Of a stretch of DNA of 64,000 nucleotides, positions 49,347-63,063 are shown one piece after another. Source of the stretch: Obrimoposthia wandeli (taxonomy: Eukaryota). The stretch covers positions 248,001-312,000 of the forward strand of contig CDROCS010001334.1 of NCBI GenBank assembly GCA_977020255.1, given 5' to 3'. Below the pieces are notes generated by a model, which was not told where the DNA came from, made no database searches, and saw only the letters and a list, made by a program, of their open reading frames with translations. Numbering within the stretch: position 1 is the stretch's first letter; the number at the start of each line of letters is the position of its first letter. Made by a program: the position numbers and the translations under genes.

Positions 49347-50410
49347 TCAATCTCCTAAAATATCCTCTTTATCTAGGCTTCTTATAAAAAATTCTTGAAT
49401 ATGCTTATAATAATTCTTGAGGTTGGCATACTCTTTTTTTCCTATTTCTTCACTTATAACTGTCTGCATCGCTTCAATTCTTCCTGATATTGTCTCTTGC
49501 AGTCCAGAACTATTCATCTGCCTTCTTATGTGTGATTTCAGCTTTGAAAACACTGATTCTATTGGATTGAGGAAGGGACTGTATGGAGGTAGATTAACGA
49601 TCTTCTTGTTTTCATTTGGTAGAGTTATACCTCTGTGGATTGAAGCATTATCATGAATTAAATAGTGCTTTAAATGAGGCTCGAGCTTCTCACAAACCTC
49701 CTGAAGAAAAGCAATATATTTCTCTTTATTGAAGGAGCCCTTCACAATCTTAAAGTGAACAGGTCCGGCCTTTTGAATGGCCAAAACCAGGCTTATGTTA
49801 GGTCCTCTGCTGGTGGGAATCATCGAATATAGCCTTTCTCCTCGTGGTCCCCATCCTCTTTGACTTCTCATCCATATGTTGAAGCCACATTCGTCAATAT
49901 AAATGCATTGTTTCGTGGTCCATTTTTCTTCAATTAGGCGTTTCACATAATCTCGACGCAAGCCTTTTACTCTTTCTGAATTTTTCTCTGCAACACAAGT
50001 TCGAACAATTTTGAAGCTGTAAAGCTTACCCTTCAAATAATTTGCCACAGTATTCTTTGTACAAGTTATTGCAAATTTCTGGCCCAGAATTTGCGCCATA
50101 TGATTGAGGGTTAGGAACGGATTTTGATCTATTTCTCTCATCAAGTCTTCTCCAGCTGTATCGGTAATTTTATGAAAAGAACCACCTTTTGGACCTTGAG
50201 AATATTTGCCGGTTTTTCGGTATCGGTAAATAATGTTTCTTACGGTGTTGGGCTTTATTCTTAGGATTTTACCGAGCATAACATAATCTTCGCCAGCTTC
50301 ATAGGCTCTTATTAGGTGAGCTTTATCAGACAGAGGAACCCTGATTAAAACATTAAATAACTTAAAACATCAATAACTTACATTTGAATCCTATTTTCCT
50401 TACATGGCAT
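49347..50410 (-). CDS. Transposase, 340 aa, two exons (50410-50382, 50340-49347), DD30E triad
   Basis: 41-nt GT-AG intron 50341-50381 gives MPCKENRIQMVPLSDK...; IYIDECGFN, IHDNASIH and LPPYSPFLNPIE; no stops or frameshifts. Confidence 0.9.
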
Positions 50411-50852
50411 GGTTTCTTCAGAATTAAAAGAAAAATTTTCTCTGAAAGGAATTGTATTATTTTCACTGTCAGAGGATACATCTATCCTAAAACATTAATA
50501 GACTAAAATAAAAGTTATTAACTTACAGTTCAACGTTATTTGAGGTCCCCGGAACATTAACTTCTTGTAAAATAGCATCACGGTTCATTTTCCTTATCAC
50601 GGTTGAAATGAAATTACTTTCTATAGTATAAGATATACATGAAATCACATACAGTACCTTGTCTGTATGTGTATGTGTGTTTCTATGTTTATATCGCCGT
50701 TGATTTTCCTTATCACGGTTCATTTTGAAGTTAGTGTGCGGATTCCTATAGTAAGTATTATTTATTTGACCTAAAATTGCATTAATTTATTATAGGTAAT
50801 TCAAAACCATGACTATTATCACCGTTGAGTTGTACTAGGTGTATAAGCTTTT

Positions 50853-51037
50853 CATGAAATCACATACATTACCTTGTTTGTGTGTGTATGTGTCTATGTT
50901 TATATCACCGTTGATTTGAGTTATCAAGGTTCATTTTGAAGTTAGTGTGCGGAATCTTTATTTGAACTAAAATCGCATTAATTTATTATAGGTGATTCAC
51001 AACTCTGACGATTATCACCGTTGAGTTGAGCTAGGTG
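50853..51037 (-). mobile_element. Additional terminal fragment of the DD30E transposon
   Basis: Diverged repeat of 50640-50841 ending GTTGAGCTAGGTG. Confidence 0.75.
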
Positions 51038-51366
51038 TTTTAAAAATAGTCTAGTAAATTTCCATGATGAATCAACAAATATATCGAACATTCAATAACA
51101 ACTTAGAGGTTTAAGCTTATGTCACAGCATCCTTCCAATCAATAATTAAAAAACTTTAAAATACAATGGTCAAAACACTAATTCTATTTTATTAAAAACT
51201 GCTTAAAGTTATTCTCTTTATACTCAATCCAAAATTAATTAAACCAAACGTTAACTACAAAGTCATAAAGATAAGTTTTTAATCTGAGTAGATATAATTA
51301 AAAAATAAGCCTCAATGATTGAATTATTGATAAATATTGAAGGAAAAATCAAAATTAAATACGAAC

Positions 51367-51586
51367 CTTGATAAAAATTCATCCAATCGATATTGTACGA
51401 TAAAACATCTTCACTATTTGTTATGATGCGTTTTTTGCCCAAAATGGACTCAAAATATTTCAAGTCGGTATCTGTTATACTTTTAAATGGCAATCTGGAA
51501 AGTTTCTTGTAAGTTTCTGTTGTCAATGGAACATTTGATAATCTGCGTATGCTCCCTAGAACACCTATCCTACAGTACTGAAACAT
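51367..51586 (-). CDS. D2HGDH: D2HGDH-like exon 1 (start codon, mitochondrial-presequence-like N-terminus)
   Basis: MFQYCRIGVLGSIRRLS...DLKYFESILG...YNIDWM; GT donor at 51366, phase 1 fits exon 2. Confidence 0.88.
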
Positions 51587-54500
51587 ATTTATTTTGGAAT
51601 AAAAAATAGTTTCAAAAAGTTTGGCACCTGGGAAAATACTTTGAGAATATCCTTTAAAATTCAGTAATTTATTAGAATATCATATGGTATTTAAATAAAA
51701 ATACATGACATTTTAACATAAATTCAGTTCAGTTCTTTATTATTTTTAACTGTAGAGTTATAATATATCAGTTTAAGAAGTAAAATAACAAAATTTAATT
51801 AACATAGAAACTCAACAAAAAACAGATTAATAATGGAAAGTATCGTAAAAAAGTAAATACTTAACAGAGAAAAACTTGTTATCAATGGAAATTAGATAAT
51901 CAGATTAATAATGTTTAAAATTAAGTTTGAGTACTTTGTAATATTTAAAGCTATCGGTGTGTCTTTTTCAATTATAGCTTATTGTCATTCAAATGAAAAA
52001 CTTTGTTCGTAGAGACATTTAAATTTTCGAATGTAGTGGGTTCGAGGTTTTTAAGCTAGTTAGGCCAGCCTCCGATTTGTGAGTTCTTCCCAGATAGAAC
52101 TTACTGAATTATTTCAAACCTGAAGGTTATTTATATTCATAACTTCTTGTTTAAATACCATATACACGATTATATTTAGAGGAATTTCACACATGTGGTA
52201 GCACTTGATTTTAGAGGTTCAATCTCTTCGGTAAATGTAAATCATTGGTGTATTCCTACTTCTTATGTTCCTCAAAGCAAGTCTTATTGAAACAATTTAT
52301 TACACAAAATACATTACAAGTTAATCAAGTGTATGATCTATAATATTCGACCTAAACATTCGATGACGAAAATCGGTCGGTAGCTAAAGAATTGATCATG
52401 ACCACAAAAGGAAGTTATTCATAGTGGCTTCATCTGGAACTATGAAAATTTTGTATTTTAAATTAATTATGTTATGGAAAATTTTCATATTAGAATTAAT
52501 CATTTTAAAAGATTGAAAAAATAGTAGTAGTAGTAGTTTCCAATTAAAATCAGTTTAGACTCATGTTGCATTACATAAAATATCCAAAATATTGAAACGG
52601 AAAAATTTACTGAAAATAAAATTCTAACATACAGCAGCTATTTTTCTAACAGCACGTACATCGGAAGAAGATTTCTGAAATTATTTATCTAAGAAAAAAT
52701 TGAAGAATTTTAAAATGTGCTGTGAATCAATACATTAATATTTCTGCTCAACTTGTGTCGATCGGCTTTTTCTTGTTTGAATCATTTCAAGATCAAAAAA
52801 CGTTCATTGTGAAATGATTCACATTTGGGTGATTCCCTGAAACTGATTTTGTTAGAGTATACGCCAGACTGAAAATTGGGGAAAGAAACTGAATTAACTT
52901 TAATAATTACTGTTTTTAACCTTTTAAAAATAAAATTATACAAGTTTTTTAGGTTTTTTTAATCTTGATAAATACAAAATAATTTTTAAAAAGATTGGTG
53001 TCTTGTCATTGTGTTTGGTAAATGCACCAAAGTTTTTTAAATGTATGGGATAAGACGTCTGATTATTCTTTAACATGTTTATTCGATAAATAATTTGTTA
53101 TATAAAAATTGCACAATAAAAATTGTACTTTTAATTCAATTTTTATATTTTTTTCACCAATCAACTTTTCTTATTATCATTGTGTGTATTAATTGTAAAG
53201 CGAAAGCTCTAGATATTTAGGTCATTGCTCAAATAGCTGGAAATAACATTTAACTTTTTTAAGGTCTACGCGGAACGATAAATTCATGAAAGTCTACTGG
53301 ACCAAAAAATTATATTTATCATTATTATTTTAAATCACCTAATAAAAAGTCTCTAGGATTTAAAATCTACTATACTGAAAGCACTCTAATTTGAATTGTT
53401 AACCGTATCTAATGATGTCAGACTAAACCTATCAACATCATCCACTTATAATTTACATTGATAAAAATTATCATCTATGTATCGGAAAGAGGTTTCTGGA
53501 ATGATATATGTAATTTTCTAGGCTTTAAATGTACATTTTGCCATATATATATATTTAATAGTGATTTTCTAGCGGGTTTCTAACTTCAGCCCCTTAATAA
53601 AAAGCTACTATTTAATAATTTAATTTAACTTTTTAAATATTAAAAAATATAAATAAATTAGTATATATTCATTTTATAATTTGTTCATATTTAGCATATG
53701 ATTGTTATTTTATAATAATAAAAATAGTATGACCTTGAATTTAAATATATTAATTTTTATTTACATTCTTGTTATACTTGAATAATAAGAAATGTCATGA
53801 CATTTTATTCTTATTTAGATCTAAAAATTTTAATTAAAGAAAATCTCTAACTTATTTCTAACATTATATTTATAATAATGTAAAAATAAAAAATTAAAAT
53901 AAGTGAAGTTGTTCCAGATAAACTTCAATACAATATCGGTATTAATGCTTTTGAAATAACCAATATATCTTCAATTAAAAAATTCTTCACTAATAATGTA
54001 ATATATTTTTAGTAGTTCCATTCCAAAAAACAAAATTTGATGAAATTACTTAAATTTATATTTTTATAGTTTTTAAAATAAATATATGAACTAATTTTTT
54101 TAATATACTCCATTGTTATTCAACAAATCCCTTACATTTTCTGTAATTTATTATCTCTTTAAATTGACAGCTATAAATTAATTATATTTTTTTAGAGAGT
54201 AGTATAAGGAGGATCTTAATTCTAATATAATTGAAATTTAATACACAAAAGAAGAAGAAAAATACATCAGTAATTATACAGGTAATGCTTTAAAATTAAA
54301 AGTGGTTAATTTTATGACTATTAATTTAGCTTATTGTCTGTATACCTTATTAATTTTATTAACTAGTCTTTGTTAGTTATGAATTAACTTCTGTCTAACA
54401 TTTGCGTAAAAAATTAAATTTAGGTTAAAAAATTATCTAATTCTATTCGAGTGGTAAAGGTAAAAATTAATAAAAATTCCTTAAATATTATGTACACATC

Positions 54501-55039
54501 AACATGCTTTTTTAAATAATTAAAATTTGTTAAGTAATTATTATTTTTCTTTATTAGCCAGGTTTGAATTTATTGTACTTTATCACATTTTGATAATACA
54601 GTTAATTTTTGTATCATTAACTTTCAAATGCAAAATATACAGAGAACAAATTGTCACTTTTTAAATTTAAATTCAGTAAAAGGTACTGTGTAATTTTAAG
54701 TGAATTACGAGCGTATCAAAAATTTATTCATATGATTAAATTATTAATGACATGAAAATTTTAAATACAATATGATTTCGATATAACGTGAACAAAGGGA
54801 GCAGAATTTTAGTACGTTATAATGAGAGTATAATGTATGTATTGTAGATTATAAGCAAAGTAATTGAAATAACGTGTTAAACAATTAAGATTATAATGAA
54901 AACAATAATATATTCACTTCAATTCAAAACGTAAAAGTAGTCATTTGAAAATATTCGTTTTATTACTGAGAATCATTAAAAATAGTCAGTTTTAACATCA
55001 TTATTTTCGAAATTTTTAATTTTAAATCTCCGTCGTTTA

Positions 55040-55260
55040 GTACCTCATTTAGTTTCTCACCAGCTTTGCCACTTAGAACTCTAAAAGTAATTTCAAGACG
55101 TCACTTATATCTATCTAACCATTTATCACTAGCTTAGAAACCTTGATTCCCAAAATTTTCATTGAACATGATAGCTTTTGGTTTGAGTAATGGTCCATAA
55201 ATGGAAGCACTAATACTTAGAACTGGTATCCTGGTTCTAGTAACATTCTCAAAATTAGAA
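55040..55260 (-). pseudogene. pogo/Tigger (CENP-B-like HTH) transposase remnant
   Basis: IYGPLLKPKA...GF*ASDKWLDRYK*RLEITFRVLSG resembles GPLLQEKA...FKASNGWLDRFK.R. Confidence 0.65.
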
Positions 55261-55559
55261 CATTTTATAACAACCTTAATATCCAATAATCAAAACTCTA
55301 TAATTATTGAATAAAACTTTATTTTGAAAAAAACTTTTTATCCGTATAAAATAGGAAAAACCAAAATTGTTATTTATTTTAATTAAAAAAATAGCAAAAG
55401 CATAAATTAAGTTTTAAGGCGCGAAACTTTACAAAACGAAGCTATAAGAAATATTACGGAAGAAAGATTGAGAGTATTTATGAATTCTCCTAAATCAAAA
55501 TCTATATCACTTAACAATAAAAGTATTGAATTAGAAAAGGTATAAAAAATACTATCTCA

Positions 55560-55990
55560 AAAAAAATAGAAAGAAGGTGGAATATTTCCACGTGTACCAA
55601 TAATTCAGGCAACAACTGCAGCAGTTGGTACTGCAGGAGGTTAAGCTGATGGTGTTGCAACAGCTGTTCAAATAAGTTAAAAAAAAGTTGCAAAACAGAT
55701 GCAGAGAAAAAATAAATAAAATTAGAAGCACAAAAAGTAAAAAAAAAGGATTGAATGATATGCGAGCCGCAGGATCTAGCAGCTTAGCTGCAAAGAAAAC
55801 AGTATCAGGGCTTTATATGAATCCTCATCAAAGTAAACGTGTAGTTAAAAAATTAATTCATCAAGATGGAGATTTACCACCTGAAACTAACATGTTAAAG
55901 TTTGAAGAAAGAATGTATTTGTACAGTTAAAGAAAATAAACATAGACTTGGAATATATTTAAAACATTTCTCTAACAAGTCCTTAACAAG
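55560..55990 (+). pseudogene. Degenerate Polinton core/structural-protein remnant
   Basis: EGGIFPRVPIIQATTAAVGTAGG*ADGVATAV followed by SGLYMNP and LGIYLKH motifs. Confidence 0.5.
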
Positions 55991-57419
55991 TCCTTCGTTG
56001 TGCAAGACTAAAATCACTTTTATTCTTAAGAAATGGTTCTCGAAGATAGATTAGCTTTATTGAAAAGGTTAGTTCAAGCATAAGATAAATATGATATCAG
56101 AGAAATTAAAGAAAAGATGAGTTTTATTATTTTAAATGAACAAATTTTAAAATGACAAGAACCATTTTATAACAGATACAGAAATTAATAAGAATACTTG
56201 ATCTAATACTGCAAAACCAAAATTTTCTATATAGTCAATGTATGATAAATAACATCAAATTATAAATATTAATGACGTTAAGGTCTAGAATTTGGTCGAA
56301 ATAAATTAGAAAATATTCAATTAAATGGCTTTATTTATAGTCCTTAATAATAAAAAAGAAGACAAAATACAGAAATTAATTATTCCACAATTATTATGAA
56401 TCCTTTTATTTTTTTGACTTACAACAAATTTTACATTTGCATGAACACTGACATTTTTATTCTAATTATGTGCCATATTCTGAGGACCATTCATAGTGTT
56501 GTAAGACATATTCTAATTTTTTTGCTTACGAATGTAATGTGTATTATTATTATTTATACAATTTAAGTTTGAATGTAAAGAGTAATTTTCATTTAACTAT
56601 GACACTTTTATGATTTTATTACTTCAACTTCAGAGGCCTGACTTTTTTCCCCCATAGTATAGTTGGGAATTGAAATATGCCAATTTAAAGTTTATATTAA
56701 TTTATCGAAGTGCCCACAGTCAAACAGCGATTTTTTAAGATAGCGATTGCCAGTTTTTATCTTCTGCTTTGCGGTGGGAAAATTTCCCGTGAAGAAGAAG
56801 TTAACACCGAAGGAATTACTGAATTATTTATCGATTTTTCTGTCTTCCCATTTTTAGATGCACCACATACACACACCTGTTATTTTGTTGCTTATATCTA
56901 TGTAGTGGTGCCGATTTACGTGTGTGTGTGTCGGCAAATTTATTTAATGTCACTTACGACAAATATATTTATATAAAAATTGTTTAGCATAGAGAGATTT
57001 GATATAATTTCTACTAAAAGTAAACAGAGATTATGGCTGAGCATAACTATTACTGTTATTACAGAATACAGAAAATATTGCTTACCATATTTATTCCTAT
57101 TATTACAGAAAACATAAATTATTGCTGACCATATTTATTACTGTTATTACAGAAAACCAAAATTAAGATTGCTCAATTTCAAATATAGTTTACTTGGTAC
57201 GTAATTCCAAAATTTTCTACAATTAATAATAATCCTGTTACATCGTTTATTCTACAGCCACTAATGGTTTTTCCGTATTAGTTGTCTGTGATTACTGGGA
57301 GTGCGCTAATTGGCTTTTTTTCGAGATATCCTGGTTAAGTTCGCACAATCAAAACTCCACTTACTATTTTCCGATTTTAGATATTCTAATGGGTTTTCTT
57401 CGCGACTTCTATATTTTAA

Positions 57420-58478
57420 AAACTATAAAAATATAAATTTAAGTAAGATTAAATTAAATTAAAATTACTAAAAAGGGAACAATTTAAGAAAATTTCCAAA
57501 AATTGGAAATTAATCAATCTCATGTGACCGCTGATTCAACAGCATAAATAGAGTCACATGAGACACCACAACTTGTAAATAAATCAGTAATTAAGTAAGT
57601 AAGTAAGCAGTCAAGAAAAGTACAAGGAGTGGATTTGGACAAGAAGAGTCCCAGCGAATCGTGATCGCATAATTTTGGAAATTCCTAAAAGAGCTCATTA
57701 CCGGACTGTAGTTATTTAACAGAAAAAAAAGCAGGAATAAAAACACAAAATTTCCGACAGAATTCAAAGAAATCCAGCCAGACCGAGCTTTCCCACGATA
57801 AGAAACTTGAATCGCGACAAGAATATTCAAGCAGAGATACCGACTTTTCCCACGAGAGGAAAATTTGAAGGATCAATCAACAAGAGAACAAATTTGCAAC
57901 TGGAGCAAGCTTCGAGAATTTTACGGTGAGTGAATTTAAACATTTTAATTATTAAAATCCAAAATCAAATTTGTTATTAGTTGTCCTGAACACGGACTAT
58001 TTTGTTTTGATGAATTAAAATCAGGGGAAAATATATCAAGCTTGTATTAGGCCGAAGCCTTTATAATATCAATTTTTCCACCATAAAATTAACTTGAACA
58101 CGGCACAATATTTCCAGGACATTTCTGGATAACTTGGACAGAGAGCACGAGACTCTTTTTAGTATTTATACTGTAAGTTCGATTTGATTTGAATAAATTA
58201 TTTGTTTGAATAAAATTGTATTTTTCGAAAGAGTTTGACCATAGACGATAAGAGAATAGAGAGAGTATCCCCTCGTTTAACTGAAAGCATACAGTTTCTA
58301 GAAGTCATAGACTCATAGAGTAAGCGAACATTTGTAATTAGAATTGAGGCAAATAAAAACATACACCTTCAGATAACTTTTGAGATTAAAACGTTAGGCC
58401 GTCCATACAAGACCTATCACTCTAAAGAACTCACGCACCAGAGGCTTCCATAAAAGTATTTCAACTCTGGTCCCAACA
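57420..58478 (+). mobile_element. Diverged LTR of the same superfamily (5' end uncertain)
   Basis: AATAAA, CCTTCAGATAA, GAACTCACG and CCCAACA end, as in the other LTRs. Confidence 0.55.
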
Positions 58479-59379
58479 CTTGTCTAAAGTAGTTGGACAA
58501 ATTTTTAGTTGTGTTTCATAAATAAAGTGTTTCCTAAAAAACCGACTAGTTGATCTACGAGTCATCACCCACGTAGACGTAAGCACCACTAATATATAGG
58601 TCGGCCGAGGGACAACTACGTGACGATGTTTCAAGCATTGGGGTACTTGAGGATTGTTGTGTCCCAATATTACCGGAAGAACATTGTTATCGTCGCTTGG
58701 TTCCCGCTCTTTGCCATCTATTCGGTCTAGGTTTCTAACCAGACTTACTCTAAAATAAATTCCATAATACTCTAGACCTACACCACAGTACATTAGTTTT
58801 AGGGTCATCCCAGGTATATTGCACACAACTCTCTACACACTACACCAATTACAAAACTCAATACGAATACTACTTCAGGTTTCTTTGGATTCCCATAAAA
58901 AGGCATAAACTTATCTAGCTGAGAAACTCAAGTTCTGCTACAATACACGAATTTAATGACACTCGTAACAAGCGATCGTATCACATGATTTTAAATAAAA
59001 GATAGTTGATGAACACGTTTTATTGTCATTCAATTAAGAAAAACATTTTAAAAATACTGAGATTTTGACGAATATCCGTTATTTTTATAATTTCTATAGT
59101 TTTATTATGTATATAAGAATACAGGTTTTTAGTGAGAGAAATATCGATTAATGTTTCATTCCTAATGAATTATACTTCTTTTTTCATACTTTTTAATGGC
59201 CTTTATTCTTTGACGGATTTGAGCAGTAGTTTTCAATTCTGGTTCTCCTTCTAAATCCTAAGAAAGTTCTTTAGCAGTTTGGAGCATTGATTTATAGCTA
59301 ATATCTATGCGGTAGTTAGAAAAAAAAACTTCAAATTCTGAATGGATGTTAAAGCAATGGTTAAATCTCCATTTGACTT

Positions 59380-60520
59380 TCGAAGAATTTTACTAACGGG
59401 ATTAATGTGATTTATCAGATTTAACGAGAGAAACAAAAAATTGAAAATCTTTCAATCTCGACAACAAAACCTGCGCTTCATATTTTGTATCTTTATCAAA
59501 CTTTGTGTCTGTATACATTTCATATAGGGAATCATATATTTCTCCAGTTTGATGTCTGATCGGTCTAAGAGCATCAATGCGACTTTCCCACCGTGTTTCT
59601 GAAAGCAACATTTGTGTTAGAGAAGAAACATGTTTCTTTAAAACCGCCTGACGCTTCGTTGATGTCGAGAAGAAATTATATATTGTTTGTACTATTCCAA
59701 AAAAAACTTATTATTTCACTAAGTTCAAACTGTGAGTTGCACATGGCACAAAGAACGTTTTGGGGAATTCTATCCGTTATGGCTTTACCTAATAGTTAAA
59801 TTATTTCATTTTGAATGTCTTTGCTCAAAAATTGAGCATTGGATTTTGATTTTAGTGTTTTCTCTATGTGCCTCCGCCATAACATTATCAGATTTTCTAA
59901 ATAGTTAAATTAATTTCAGAAAATTACCATTACTTTTGTTATAAGGGTTATCAGAAGAGCCCCGAAGCGCTAGGCATTCACCTGCTAAGAATTTAATAAT
60001 TTCCATATATCTCGAAATTACATCTGACCAGTGCTTTTTCTATTTAATATATTCGTTGGTTTTGAGAATCAACTGTAATCATGTTTTTAAGACTTTTTTC
60101 CATCGTACCATATTTTTAAGCGTTTTCTATGCACCAAACTTGTTTCATGTACATGAATTACTTTGGAAAGGCTTCTCCTTTGATTATAACAATAATTACA
60201 TAATTAAATAATTGTACAATATTTATTATACTGATATAAATTATTAAAATATACTGATTATTTATTTAAGAAATACTGATAATTTAATTAAAATTTTAAA
60301 TATTTTAAGTTGGAAAAAAGAAAGTGATAAGCTTTAGTGGACTAACAAGTGCTTAATCTACTTGGAACCGTGGTTTAATTCTCGTCTAAAGGAAGTGCCA
60401 CTTGTCAATGATGTATGCTTTGAGCTCACGAGGAATGTTCTGGAACCGAAATAAAATATTCAACATGGATTCTTTGGCGTGGACAATAAAACTCACCATG
60501 ATTATTTTTATATCAATTTT
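59380..60520 (-). pseudogene. hAT (ZMYM1-like) transposase remnant
   Basis: IIKFLAGECLALRG...NGNFL, FVPCATHSLNLV and LSETRWESRIDAL, with stops and frameshifts. Confidence 0.8.
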
Positions 60521-61329
60521 ACGCCACTTTATAAATTGTAAATTTGTATTTTTCTCTGTCGGTTTTTAAGCTCTGTTAAAGCTACATATTTAATAAAGGC
60601 TATTTCATTGAATAAAACTCTTTTTATATGTTGTTTATGATTGGTGGTGAATCTTCTGGAATTTACGAGCAGGTTGAGAAAAGTTTGTTTTAACTCTACA
60701 CATCCATTCATGTTCCTTTAGAATCTTATTATGTTTCCTAAAAGCCATTAGAAGTCCCTTTAATAATATATTCTTCACTGTACTATCCCGCATATTTTAA
60801 GACCACTGAACCTCAAAATCAAACTTTAGAAACTACACATTAATTGTAAAAATAACAAGTCCAAATTTATTTTCTGACTAAAACAAAACTGTAAAATCAC
60901 ATATTGTATGGATATTTAAAAACAACACGCACTCTAAAATGCAACCATTTAATGAGGCGTTAAATGGTCAATCCTTCGACCGGTAACAAAGAATGCTAAG
61001 TGACGCCATAGGTGTACAGAAAATACGTGTTATAATTTGAATTTCAAACAATGATACATGTTTTAGAATATCCGGTTAAACAGTATTACTCACTTTACAT
61101 TATTACAATTTGATGCAGTGCTTTCCATTCTTTACGTTACTGCGCCTCATTTGAGAAAGATCTAATATTGGCGTCTCACCCTATATTTAATAAAGTATCA
61201 AAGGCACAGTTTTAATTCCTCGCCTAACAATTTTTTACCCAAAAAATTGTGCCTAAAATTTGTGTTTAGCTAATTGCGCTTCTAAAATTTGTTTGTTTCT
61301 TTTAAATATTTGCGCTCAAACAATGCGAA

Positions 61330-61819
61330 ATGGTCACTTTTATAGTTAGTCCAGACGTCGTCCACTGCCGATTCGGTGACCATTCCCGAGGGCGGATAAT
61401 TAGTCAATACCGGATGCCGCCACAATGTGATTCCCACACGACTTGTGGAATCACGAATTTAATTGTGGCTTGATATCGGACGTGATTATTCCAAGGTCAG
61501 ATCATTGGCGGGGTAATCGCGGTCAGTGACTGGTGACCAAGTTTGGCGCAATGACCCGTTATTCATGTAAAGTTTTCATTTAATGTAAATTTCATGAATT
61601 TTCTTTAAATAATTTTTCTCGCTTCTTTTTTAATTCTTCTACAGCCTTTTTTACAATTTTATAATAAAAACACACTCTCATGACCTTCAAGGTCTTCTAA
61701 TTAATTAGTTTTTTAATTAAAAATATTAATTTAATTTTTTAAAATCTTTAATTTAGAAGAATATTTATTATTATAAATACCTTTATTATCTATTTAATTT
61801 CATTTTTCCTAATCTAACA
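61330..61819 (-). mobile_element. 5' part of an LTR on the minus strand (truncated)
   Basis: Minus strand starts TGTTAGATTAGG and has GACCTTGAAGGTCATG, like GACCACGAAGGTCATG in the LTRs at 15061 and 32915. Confidence 0.55.
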
Positions 61820-62129
61820 ATTGTAACGTTAAACATGTAAATTATATTAAATTAAAAGTTCAAACATCAAATTGGCGAAAGAAGAAATTAATGTGATATA
61901 AAGGCTATTGAATAACAATTCAGATTTCTTCCATAATCATAACAGTAAATCAACTAATTGTACCAGTATTTTAGATGCTTAAAATTTGATCTCTTGTCAT
62001 TTAAGTACATAGTTTAGTAAATATGTGTTTGGCATGACGAATTATACATTAAAAGAACGAGTATAATTATTTTTTTACTACGAAACACAAAGTGCTATCA
62101 AACTTCGGTAGTCTTTTTTTTTTTTCTGT

Positions 62130-62400
62130 TCATGTATTTCATCAATCAACAGTATCTCGGTTTGAAGAACGATTTTTGTCACGTGAAGTATCACAGACTA
62201 AACCCGTAGAAGATTACCAAAATCATACACTAGGGGAAAAAACAACTGAACAAGTTAAAGCTGATAAGTTAATAATCAGTGAGATTAATAGCGGCTCAAG
62301 TCACAGAATTCAGTTTTTTGAGTGGTTTCAGCAGAAAACGTGTACAAATCCAGATTTTGTAAAGGAACTGTTGTTTAATGGTGTAACGAATAGACGTTAA
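62130..62400 (+). pseudogene. Tc1/mariner transposase remnant
   Basis: HQSTVSRF and RIQFFEWF...NPDFVKELLF motifs. Confidence 0.45.
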
Positions 62401-63063
62401 TGTGCCTTTCGACCAAAGAAAAATCCACACTAGTGTGAAGACAAGAAATAAACCACAAGTCAGAAAAACACTGTCCTACTAAATTGCCAGCTAAATTAAC
62501 AGATAACAACCAACTTGATTTCAGGATATGAGTTTATTTAAATGATAAAACTTTCAAGACAAGGTCGGGGAGTTAAAAGCGCTAGAAAGTAAGAAAGGCC
62601 TAATATTCCTGGTCATATGTACCGAAATATTTCAAAACATGTTTCACATCAGTAGTGTGGTGTACTTATTAGCTTAGAAGCTCAACAGACCCCATGGCTG
62701 AGCTGATGAGCCAGACAATACACAGTTTTAGCAGACATGAGATCAAATATTAAATCTTGGCCATACTGTTTGGACATGTAAAATAATACACAATTTTTCT
62801 GAATACTATTTATGTTACAATTGAAACTCCCTCTGTAAAATGTTACTAAATTGACATAAATAAATTAGTTATATTAGTAGTAAATTTAAATTTATTAAAT
62901 CAAATTAATATTAAAGCCAAAAATCTACAAATCCATGTTTACTTGAAAAGTCAAATGAAAAATAAAAAATTAAATCTGAAGATGGTGAATTAAGAATCAA
63001 CATAAGAAAATAGAGGGGAATGTAAAGATATTAAGAAGTAAGAAGTAAACCAAATTGATAGTG

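Larger units (their letters stand above)
48249..50841 (-). mobile_element. Full-length Tc1/IS630-like transposon (~1.85 kb) with nested copy D in its 3' UTR
   Basis: Imperfect TIRs CACCT(GACT/AGTA)CAACT(G/C)AACGGTGAT with TA flanks; removing 48598-49337 rejoins the stop codon to an AATAAA-rich 3' UTR. Confidence 0.85.

Noticed and set aside
52035-52060. tRNA or SINE from a GGTTCGAG B-box-like motif
   Set aside because: No cloverleaf or A box could be built.
62703-62740. Hammerhead ribozyme at CTGATGAG (also CTGATGA at 28981)
   Set aside because: No properly placed GAAA with stem II and stem III pairing.
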